From: an uncultured bacterium
GTDB lineage: Bacteria > CSSED10-310 > CAZUFC01
DNA length: 33,670 nucleotides
Assembly: GCA_964619725.1 (NCBI GenBank)
Contig: CAZUFC010000042.1
Coordinates: forward strand, 27,601-61,270
Direction: 5' to 3'
Shown: piece by piece, positions 19,624 to 28,500 of the stretch
Layout: each line of letters opens with the position of its first letter
How positions within the stretch are numbered: position 1 is the first letter of the stretch
The notes under the pieces: generated by a model
What the model was told of the DNA's origin: nothing
Databases searched by the model: none
The model's input: only the letters and a program-made list of their open reading frames with translations
Made by a program: the position numbers and the translations under genes

Positions 19624-19792
19624 CGGCTGGTGAACGGCCAGGCTGTTTAATATAAACGGCAAACCTGAAGAAGAGGTACTCCACCGGCCCGAAATTATAC
19701 GATAGTGTTTTTCACCTGACAGCCTGCCTCCTTTCAGAGCGTCCTCTTCTTAGAGTCCTTCTCAAACTAAAAGAGAAGGGCTCTTTTTTTTT
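19624..19792 (+). ncRNA. Candidate sigma54-dependent small RNA of about 170 nt
   Basis: Bounded by the sigma54 promoter and a +strand intrinsic terminator; no ATG-initiated ORF; internal complementarity CAGGCTGT/ACAGCCTG; carries CCTCCTTT. Confidence 0.6.
19752..19792 (+). terminator. Intrinsic terminator
   Basis: AGAGTCCTTCTC-loop-GAGAAGGGCTCT followed by a long T run. Confidence 0.88.
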
Positions 19793-19808
19793 CTTCATTT
19801 ATTCGTTT

Positions 19809-22628
19809 TCATCTGATCATTATTTCATGGACAGACCACCAGAATTCGCTTTTTTCGGTTAAGACCGCCGAAAAACAGGAGGCTTCTGATTGAGGAAAAG
19901 AAATCGTGAACTCATTCGTCAATTCATCATAAGAAAAGGAAGGCTTCAAAATGAGAGGTTTTTCGTTTTCGTTATGACATTCTATTCTTAAATTCCTTGG
20001 AAAATCGTTTTTGGAGCTTCCCATTTTAAACAGGATACTCTGCAATTCACGAGGCTGTGAGAAGCAAATTTTCAGGTAGAATCCCGGACTCATGGGTTCC
20101 ATTGTGGTCCATCGAGTATTTATATTGCTGTCCCTGGCGTAAAGAAGCTCCTGGGGGTTCTTATCGGAAATTAAAACGGCGCCGTCAGGAAGAGATTGGA
20201 AGGCGGATTGAACGTTTACATTGTTTTCTGAGTATTGTATCAATCCGTCATTTCTTTTGACGATAAGTCGGTATGAACCTTCCGAGTTTGGAGTTTCCAG
20301 GATGAGAGCCAGCCTGGCGCATTGGCCCGGGAATACATCATGCGGTATGGAAAAAACTTCTCTGTCAGATATCCTGCAGGGATAACATTCATTTTTATCG
20401 TCAGCCCAGGCAAAAGCGGCGTTCAGTTTCAATTGCGCATTTTTTTTCCAGATTTTTTCGTCCTGATTTTCGATTAAAAATTCTGCAGAGAATTCTTTCC
20501 CTGCGGCGACCGGCGCCACAGGCAAATAAATTTCGCGAAAAACATCAACATCTGCAACCTGGGTTTTCTCCATCGGGCAAATTACTTGCACCGATCCCTC
20601 CTTGCGTCCTTTCAATTCCCAGGGCGAATCATTCGACCATGCGAATCTGTAGTTGTACCGGCCGGTCTGATTCAACACAGGCCATTCAATGCTGAGCGGT
20701 AAAATCGAATAGGGTTCGTAATGAAAGGGAATCCTCAGTTTCCGTGAAGAGGCATGTGCGGTATTTTCAGCGGAGAAGATACTTAAATCAATGTTTAGTC
20801 GATCAGGAACGATGAAATTATGTTTGGGGCTGGGATTAATGAGGAACGCTGGAGCAGATATTTCGGCGTTTGCGGGGAACCGGCGCGGCAGATTATCTAA
20901 AATTTGCAGCCTGTTTTCTTCTGCATTTTCTTCGATGACCTCGTAAACGCTCGTTTCATCGAATTTTTTCGTCAATTTAAGGTATTCGCCGGCGAATTCT
21001 CCAGTCATGTCGATCGGCTGGTCGTGATGAGAGTGAACGAATATGTGCGAGACTTTCATGCTTCTCATCAGGTCGAGAGATTTTTTTGAGGGAAATTCAT
21101 TCACGATCTTTTTTATCCGTCCATACGTAGGGGGATAATATCCGCTGACGCCATTCACGATCGGGTTCCAATGAAAAACGGAGAAATAAACGTATTCATA
21201 TTCGTAATGAGTCATGGGAAGTTCAAGGACAGCCTTTATTTGATCGTTATTTTGTTTTGCCCAGGGGTACACGGAAGGAACCTGATGCTCGGCCGGGGCT
21301 TTCACTGTTGATAAAGGAGCGTGAAGCGTTTCGATATAAGCAAACAAAACCAGAATGGCCCCGGTAATATTTTTAATCTTAGCTGATTTAATATTTTTAA
21401 GGACAATATCCACAGTCAGTCCTGCTGTCATGGCAGCAGCCAGTTGAAAAAGCAGGGCAAAGCGCGAGGGGACCCTCATAGCCCCGAAACCGGGCAAAAA
21501 TCTTAAACAGTAGTCATAAGGCAATTTAATAATCGTTTTTCCGTCAGCTCCCCATCGCCATTCGGGGCCCAAAGAGAGCACGAAAGAGATGCAGGCGAGC
21601 AAAATGAAAAAAATATAATTTTTGAAATTTCTCCTTTTAAAAGCCAGGATCAACGGCGTCGCCAGCAGAGCGACCCAGGCTGTTGCCCCGGGAAATAGTT
21701 GCGTCTCCGGCCCGTAATGTCCGTTTTGCTTCCCGATAAAAGCGTGAATGAATCGATAAGGGATATTGGTCGGATCAGGAATGACATAGTCTCCGGGACT
21801 CGCTGAAAGACCAGCGATCATTTCTTTCGGAGCTTGAACATTCAATTCTTCGTTCATTTTAAAATAGGGAGCGGATAGGGCTAAAAACGGGATCATCAAT
21901 AAAATGAAAACCGCCAAAGCTCTGAGGAAACTTTTTCGTTTTACCTTTCCAGGATCAAAAATCATTAATGTCAGGATGTATACAAACAAAACCAGCATCT
22001 CGAAAAACGCCAAATAATAGGATGAGAAAATCTGCAGGGCAAAAAACAAAGCTGCAGGCGCCAGAAAGGCAAATTTTTCCTGCTTAACGAATTTCATGAA
22101 GAAAAACATGCTTAAAGGAAGCCACTGAATATTCAATAGTTGAAAGTGACCCAACTGGGCATATCGCCAGGGCGAATAAGCGAATATTACGCCGGCGAAC
22201 AAAGCGGCAGCCCATCCCGCATTGAACTGCCTAATCCACAAAAAAACGCCCCATCCGCTCAGAACAAAACTGCAAAAAATCAGAAAATTCAACATGAGAA
22301 CGGGATTGGTCATTCCCATAAGATAAAAGGGATAAGCAACGACAGCGACGCCGATAAGATGTTCTGAAAAAGCGAGGGTACAGGGGTGCGGATATAGAAT
22401 GTTTCCCTGGAAAAAGTCGTTCAGTCCGGTCTGGAATTTATGAAAGTTCCATTGAAGAATCCATATGTTCAGCCGGGTATCATACGGTTCGGGGATACTC
22501 TGTTTCATGTCGACGGACAAAGGAAACAGCGCACAGAATGACATAAAGCTGAAAAGAGCCAAAACAAGAATTATGCCGAGGGTCTTGTTGAAAGGCTTCG
22601 ATTTTTTCATTCCATGAAATTTCAGCAT
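19809..22628 (-). CDS. GT-C/YfhO-like polytopic membrane protein with C-terminal Ig-like and discoidin (F5/8C)-like domains
   Basis: NILYPHPCTLAFSEH, MRVPSRF, VLELP and IVNGVSGYYP motifs; C-terminal ARDSNINTRWTT. Confidence 0.7.
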   Translation of the reverse strand: MLKFHGMKKSKPFNKTLGIILVLALFSFMSFCALFPLSVDMKQSIPEPYDTRLNIWILQWNFHKFQTGLNDFFQGNILYPHPCTLAFSEHLIGVAVVAYPFYLMGMTNPVLMLNFLIFCSFVLSGWGVFLWIRQFNAGWAAALFAGVIFAYSPWRYAQLGHFQLLNIQWLPLSMFFFMKFVKQEKFAFLAPAALFFALQIFSSYYLAFFEMLVLFVYILTLMIFDPGKVKRKSFLRALAVFILLMIPFLALSAPYFKMNEELNVQAPKEMIAGLSASPGDYVIPDPTNIPYRFIHAFIGKQNGHYGPETQLFPGATAWVALLATPLILAFKRRNFKNYIFFILLACISFVLSLGPEWRWGADGKTIIKLPYDYCLRFLPGFGAMRVPSRFALLFQLAAAMTAGLTVDIVLKNIKSAKIKNITGAILVLFAYIETLHAPLSTVKAPAEHQVPSVYPWAKQNNDQIKAVLELPMTHYEYEYVYFSVFHWNPIVNGVSGYYPPTYGRIKKIVNEFPSKKSLDLMRSMKVSHIFVHSHHDQPIDMTGEFAGEYLKLTKKFDETSVYEVIEENAEENRLQILDNLPRRFPANAEISAPAFLINPSPKHNFIVPDRLNIDLSIFSAENTAHASSRKLRIPFHYEPYSILPLSIEWPVLNQTGRYNYRFAWSNDSPWELKGRKEGSVQVICPMEKTQVADVDVFREIYLPVAPVAAGKEFSAEFLIENQDEKIWKKNAQLKLNAAFAWADDKNECYPCRISDREVFSIPHDVFPGQCARLALILETPNSEGSYRLIVKRNDGLIQYSENNVNVQSAFQSLPDGAVLISDKNPQELLYARDSNINTRWTTMEPMSPGFYLKICFSQPRELQSILFKMGSSKNDFPRNLRIECHNENEKPLILKPSFSYDELTNEFTISFPQSEASCFSAVLTEKSEFWWSVHEIMIR

Positions 22629-22682
22629 ATACTACTTTAATCAAGAGAAGAATTCACAAATTTATACAGCGCTCAGAGGGAA

Positions 22683-23687
22683 TCAACTAAGGGTTTGAAG
22701 CGCAGTGACTGCTGCAATGGTAACTATATCGTCGACGGAACAACCTCGTGAAAGATCGTTGACCGGTTTCGCCATGCCCTGAAGAATCGGACCTATGGCT
22801 TCTGCCCCTGCCATTCTTTGAGCCATTTTATAGCCGATATTGCCGGCGTTGAGGTCCGGAAAAATCAGTATATTCGCTCTGCCTTGCACCGGACTGTTCG
22901 GGGCTTTACTGCGCGCCGTCGAAGGCATGATTGCCGCATCCAGTTGAAGCTCACCGTCGACGACCAGGTCTGGGTTTCTGGAGCGAGTCATTTCTGTTGC
23001 CGATATTACTTTATCCGCCAACTGGTGTCGTGCGCTGCCTTTTGTGGAAAAAGAGAGAAACGCGATTCTGGGAGGTTTTCCGATAAGATTCTGATAAGTT
23101 TCCGCTGAACTCAGGGCAATCTCGGCCAACTGTTTTTCATCAGGGTCCGGGGTAACTCCGCAATCCGCAAAAAGCATAGTGCCCTCATCTCCAAACCGTA
23201 CATCAGGAAAAACCATTATAAAACATCCTGAAACCACTGATATCCCTTTTCGTGCTCTAATCGTCGTAAGCGATGCCCGCAAAACGGCGCTGGTAGTATT
23301 CATCGCTCCTGCGACCATTCCGTCCGCATATCCCTGCTTAACCAGCATGGCGGACAGCAATAAAGGGTCTTTCATCATATTTCCGGCCTGATGGAATCCG
23401 ACGCCTTTCTCCCGCCTGGCTTCGTAAAATGCAAAAACCAGTTCTTTGTTATAAGGATTCTCCTCAACCTCAATAAATTCAGTGCCGGCGAGAGATACGC
23501 CCGCTTTTCGAGCCGTTTCTTCCGCTTCTTTCCTGTTCCCCGTCAATAAAGGCTGGGCTATCCGTTGTTCTTTTATGATGTTCACAGCTTTCAACGTTCT
23601 CTCATCATTCGTTTCCGGAAAAACAATTTTCTTCTGCAGCTCAGCCGCTCTTCTTCTTAAATTTTCCAAGGTGTTCATGTTCATCAT
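22683..23687 (-). CDS. pta: Phosphate acetyltransferase
   Basis: IVFPE, FADCG, LSFSTKGSA, DGELQLDAA, FPDLNAGNIGYK, KPVNDLSRGCS. Confidence 0.96.
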   Translation of the reverse strand: MMNMNTLENLRRRAAELQKKIVFPETNDERTLKAVNIIKEQRIAQPLLTGNRKEAEETARKAGVSLAGTEFIEVEENPYNKELVFAFYEARREKGVGFHQAGNMMKDPLLLSAMLVKQGYADGMVAGAMNTTSAVLRASLTTIRARKGISVVSGCFIMVFPDVRFGDEGTMLFADCGVTPDPDEKQLAEIALSSAETYQNLIGKPPRIAFLSFSTKGSARHQLADKVISATEMTRSRNPDLVVDGELQLDAAIMPSTARSKAPNSPVQGRANILIFPDLNAGNIGYKMAQRMAGAEAIGPILQGMAKPVNDLSRGCSVDDIVTIAAVTALQTLS

Positions 23688-23701
23688 CCGTTTAATTTAA
23701 T

Positions 23702-25351
23702 TTATGTTTCGATTCCTAAAGAAAAAATTATGTCGTTCATCCTGTTATACTGTTCTATTTCTACGGACCCCTCTTCAAGAGATTCCAACAGGGACATCAA
23801 TATCCTTCCCTTTCCTTCGCGTCCATACATGACCAATGCCTGCTTGAGTTCCTTTCTCTTTTTTTCCAGCGTTTCTTCATCTATAAATTGACGGGGTTTT
23901 AAATCCTCGTCTCCCGTTTGAACCTTGACCGCCTTTTCATCCCGCATGAATTCGAATTCGAATTCATCTTTTTCAGCATCAAAAAGCAGGTGCCCCAGGA
24001 TATCCTCCATGTAATCATCTTTCAGAATGCCGAATTCCTGTTCCAGATCAATTTTGTAAATAGGAGCCACCGGTTCGTATATCGGACGCGAAAAATCGTC
24101 AAAGTATTCTTCCACCAACAACAACTTTATGCTGTTCGCATCAAAAGGAGCCATATCGAACCGTCGCTCTATTTTAACCGTAAAATCATTCACGCTTTTT
24201 TTCGGCTTAAAACGCTGAACGATGGGTTGAAACGAAGGCGTCTTTCCCGCCACTTCCAATCCGATGGAATGAGTATAAATATCTTTCAATTTGAAATCTT
24301 GCGCTTTTGTCGCGCAATAAGCCAGGCCTTCATGAACGTAATCCGCAACAGCGCCTTCCTCGTAAATGATCGCTTCCGGCCGAACCGCTTCTGCGATCAG
24401 CTCCCTTACTTTGGGTATTTTCATTCCTCCGCCCGTCAGAAGTATTCTGTCTATTTCTTCCGGTTTTTCCGCCGAGTTATTCAGAAACCGCATCAGCATG
24501 TCCCGGACGTTCGCTAAATCAGGAAGCGCTTTCCTTTCAAAATCCTCCCTGGTGATCTTCAGTCCTTTTAACGGAACTTCAAATACATCGTTTTCAATCG
24601 TTACGGCAGATTTGTGCGACAACTCTATTTTTATTTTTTCCGCCAGATCAAGCAGAGCGAAAAAAGTGGGTTGTCCCCGCAACCGCGCAATGTCCATATT
24701 GATCGGAAAGGGTCGGCCGGTTTGCCTTCTCCAGGACTCCTTTATCAATTCCAGGACAAGATAATCCAAATCCCGTCCCCCCATCCTGTTGTTCCCTTCG
24801 CAATACATCAGCTCAAAAACATTGTTTTTCCATTCCCCAATGGTTATGTCGGTGGTTCCGCCGCCGTAATCAAACACGATAAACTTGCCGTCGATGGGTT
24901 TTTCCTGGCGCATCTGATAACCGATCACTGCGGCTGCAGGTTCCTTTATCAGTTGTATGTTTTCGATATATGCATCATAAAATGCAGACCGGTATGCCCT
25001 GCGATGAAGCAAACCGAAATCATTGGGAATGCCTACTGCAACACCGTCGATTTTTTCCTTGATTTTCCCCTCCACAATCTGCTTGACCCTCTGCACTATT
25101 TTCGTAAATAAAAGCTCCGTCCTGCATCCCAGCGATTGCTCCTTGAAAACGCGCCGCTTTAAATTATCCAGATATATCGTCTCCTCATATTCCCTTATCC
25201 GTCGCGCCTCCGCTCCCACCAGTATCCGATCACCTTTGCGCGCAACCCCTACAGGAAAATCCAATCCCTTTGAAATCCAGGTCCTGGGACAGCCTCCATC
25301 TATCGCCGTGCAAGCCACGCTGCTCGTCCCCAGGTCTATCCCTACCCTCAA
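23702..25351 (-). CDS. Divergent Hsp70-family ATPase (not canonical DnaK)
   Basis: GIDLGTS, KEPAAA, FDYGGGTTD, GGRDLD, AEKIKIELS, LTGGGMKIP, linker LKDIYTHSIGLEV; divergent C-terminal half; TTG start with GAGG RBS. Confidence 0.9.
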   Translation of the reverse strand: MRVGIDLGTSSVACTAIDGGCPRTWISKGLDFPVGVARKGDRILVGAEARRIREYEETIYLDNLKRRVFKEQSLGCRTELLFTKIVQRVKQIVEGKIKEKIDGVAVGIPNDFGLLHRRAYRSAFYDAYIENIQLIKEPAAAVIGYQMRQEKPIDGKFIVFDYGGGTTDITIGEWKNNVFELMYCEGNNRMGGRDLDYLVLELIKESWRRQTGRPFPINMDIARLRGQPTFFALLDLAEKIKIELSHKSAVTIENDVFEVPLKGLKITREDFERKALPDLANVRDMLMRFLNNSAEKPEEIDRILLTGGGMKIPKVRELIAEAVRPEAIIYEEGAVADYVHEGLAYCATKAQDFKLKDIYTHSIGLEVAGKTPSFQPIVQRFKPKKSVNDFTVKIERRFDMAPFDANSIKLLLVEEYFDDFSRPIYEPVAPIYKIDLEQEFGILKDDYMEDILGHLLFDAEKDEFEFEFMRDEKAVKVQTGDEDLKPRQFIDEETLEKKRKELKQALVMYGREGKGRILMSLLESLEEGSVEIEQYNRMNDIIFSLGIET

Positions 25352-25352
25352 A

Positions 25353-25571
25353 TTACCCCTCCTCTTCCTCGGCGCCGTCGGCCTCCGGTATATCGACTTT
25401 CCTCCCGGATATAAAGCTGATGTCGTTCCATTTTCCGTCCACTACATCCAATTCGGGCAATTCCTGAAAAACATCTCCCTCCCCTTCATATTCCTGTAAT
25501 TTCTGCAAAGCTGAATCACCATATCTCTTCAGCAATTCAGCCAATACGCGTCTAATTCTTTCCGCCGGCAA
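25353..25571 (-). CDS. Small acidic hypothetical protein (72 aa)
   Basis: TTG start 7 nt after GAGGTG. It overlaps the upstream stop by 20 nt and ends 1 nt before the Hsp70 start, filling the gap exactly. Confidence 0.7.
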   Translation of the reverse strand: MPAERIRRVLAELLKRYGDSALQKLQEYEGEGDVFQELPELDVVDGKWNDISFISGRKVDIPEADGAEEEEG

Positions 25572-28500
25572 TATCCATCACCTCTTTCAGAAATTCGATG
25601 ACATGACCGTAAATGTAATTTACGTCAAGATGCTCGCGCTGCCTGTGTATGAGCCGTTCCCTTTCCAGCTCCCTGACCAGCTTTACCAGCTTGCCCGGAT
25701 TCAATACCGCCAAATTGTACTCCTCAATTACCTCCTTCTTTTCCCTCTCGACTTCCTCCGCCTTATTTTCATAGTCTCTCAACTTTTCGATCTTTTTAAA
25801 TATGCCGTGCCTTATGTTCTGCCTCGCGTTCACTCTATCCAGTTCACGCCTAGCCATCTTTTCAGCTTCTTCAATTCCCTTTCCGTTTCTTACGATAAGT
25901 TTTTCGATCTCCCTCTGTATTCGCTTCGCCTGAGCTGTCCTGCCATGATATTTGTCATACTTTGCCGCCAGGTTTCTGCGTCTTAGTATTTCTCTTTTTT
26001 TCTTTTCGAGTTTCGCCCACTTTTTTAATCCCTGTTGGGGAGTTTCTCCGAGTCCGGGAATAGCGACCAAAGTGTGCATCAGGTATCTTCCGATTACCTG
26101 AAGGTCAGGATTCTCCACTAGTTTATATATTTTTCTTCTCGCTTCCTCAATCGTTTTATTGTCGACATCATTCCGCTCGCCCTCACCTGCGGCAATCTCG
26201 TAATTCAAAAACGCGGAAATAAGCGCGCCTTCATCAGTTTGGAGATATCGCATAAATTCCACGGAATTGAGAATATCCGCTGCAGTTGAAATGTCTCCCT
26301 TTTCTAAATATTCGGAAACTATGCCCAAAGGAACGACTGAATATGCCGTATTTTGCGCGATAATATGAGGCGCCAGGCTCTTTGTCGACATCCAGGCATA
26401 ATAGGCATCCCGGTAACGCTTACTCTCAAAAAGCAAGCGCATCATCACCGCTCGCACCTCAGCATCCTCCCTGGGCTGCATTAACTGCCATTTAGCCGCC
26501 GCCTGCAACCGCAGCAACGAATCTGTCTTCTCGTTTTTTATGCTTGAAAGCAAAAAAGAACGCAGCAACTCATAATCAAATGTTAAATCTTGCCAATTTT
26601 CTAAAAATATATTTTGCACATCTGCCGCTCCGGCTCCGAGCCTCTTTGAAAAAATGCCGAGTAATTCCGAAGCCGTTTTATCATCGATTGTTTCCAGGTA
26701 GTTTATCTCCTGAAAAGCTTTGAATACCTCTCCTTTTTGAAGCTTATCCACAAAATGCTGCTTGACCAGATATTTTTTGAGTTCGGGGAAATTATTTTTG
26801 CATGTGGGATCGTCTGCCGCCGCTTTTTTGAAGGAATCAAGCAGAAACTCGGTATATCCCTTGCTCTCCAATATTTTTCTTATTTTTTCCATCACTTCAC
26901 GGCCGGATAAACACTTTTTCCCGGACAAATAATTCTCAAGTTCAAACCCATCAAGCTCAATCCCCGTGAATAAACGCTTTCTGACTTTTTCCGTTAACGG
27001 GACCGCCTTCTCATATTCCTTCTCCACGCGCCTCAACGCTCGTCTCAGCATCACGGTATCCGTCTCGCTCAAAGGCAGGTCCTCCGCCGCCAGTTTCTCA
27101 ACGCCCAACTCAAGAAACGCCTCCAGCTCATCATAATTAAGTCCGGCCCGAAGCGTCCTTACGAAAGTTGCAGGAAATAATTTATTAAAAATCCTGAAAC
27201 TCAACGCCTTTTTCAGCGCCTTTGTGAATCTCTCCTTATAATCTGCCGGAAAACGGAATTCCAATTTATCGAGATATCTCCTGAAACTTCCAGACTCTAT
27301 CGCCAAATAGACGCACAATACGGCATATTCTTCCAGGTGGTGAAGATTATGGGCTTCCATTTCATGCAAAAGGGGCGAAAGCAATTCGTCATAATTCTCC
27401 GGGTCCTCTGCCGCCGTCCGGATAATCCTTTCCAGTAATTCCGGGTCTTTCATTTTTTTCCAGGCTTCAAAGGCTGATTTAAGTTCTTTTCTTTCTATCT
27501 GGATGAGTGTCTTGAGTTCCTTGAGGACAGGTTCTTTCTCCAGCGTTTCTTCCGGTATTTCCATCAGTTCCTGATAATTCATCCTGGCAGCATCCAGACA
27601 AATCTGCATTATCTCAAATTCAGGCAATTCCATCCCGGGCGGCGCCGCTTTTTTTATTTTATCCAAATATGAGTTAAACTCGATAAGAACTCGATCCGAT
27701 AAATTTTTATCATCCTGATTGAGAACGTCGAGTGCCTTCTGCAGCAAATCCTCATAATCGTCAGACGAAAAAACCTCCCTGAATCGTAAATATTGCGACA
27801 TGCGGCCGAGAGGATACAGAGACTGTAAATTTTCACACAAAATTAAAGCATCGCGCCATTGTCCTGTCTGCGCATATCGAATCATTTTCATTAACTTGAT
27901 GATAAAGAAACCGGGGAAATCCGGTTCAATGAGCAAATCAAAAATTTTGACGACTTCATCATCAGTTAATGATTTCTTTTCCTGTCTTTTTATATAGTCG
28001 ATAAATAAAGAAACAGCCTTCGCCATGTCGGCTTCCATGCGGAGATGACCGTCCAGATAAAAATAGAGGTATTCGTCCAACTCTTCCGGCTCATATTGCT
28101 GCAATAATCTATAAGCTTCGCCGTGCTTGCTCTCCTTATACAAATAATGACACTGAAGCAATCGCACCCGCTTGTATTCTTCTGTATCTTCCATTCCCAT
28201 TTCTTCCGCCAGCCTCAACATCAGCTTCACATCCGCCAGGGTCCAGTTCCCATAAGGCCAATCAAAATTTTTAAACAAACGCTGAAGCAGAATTTTCAAA
28301 TGCTGTTTCGTCAAAACACCGAATTCTTCCGTCGACTTCGGCATCTGCGAAGTTGCTTGCTTTCTGCCTGGCCGCAGCTTCTCATCCAGCATTTCAAGAA
28401 AGCATATGAAAAACTCGGGGTCCCGAAAATGTTGCAGCTTCTCCAACCCTTCTATGATATCCTGAAGAGCGACCGGTTTTTCCTCCCTGGCTCGATACGC

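Noticed and set aside
19655-19700. c-di-GMP-I riboswitch (GGCAAACC)
   Set aside because: It lacks the GAAA tetraloop and GCAAAGC elements, and there is no downstream gene on this strand.
22683-23687. pta as part of the NYN/Hsp70 system
   Set aside because: It is only 14 nt downstream and may be co-transcribed, but it is an ordinary housekeeping enzyme with no functional link evident.
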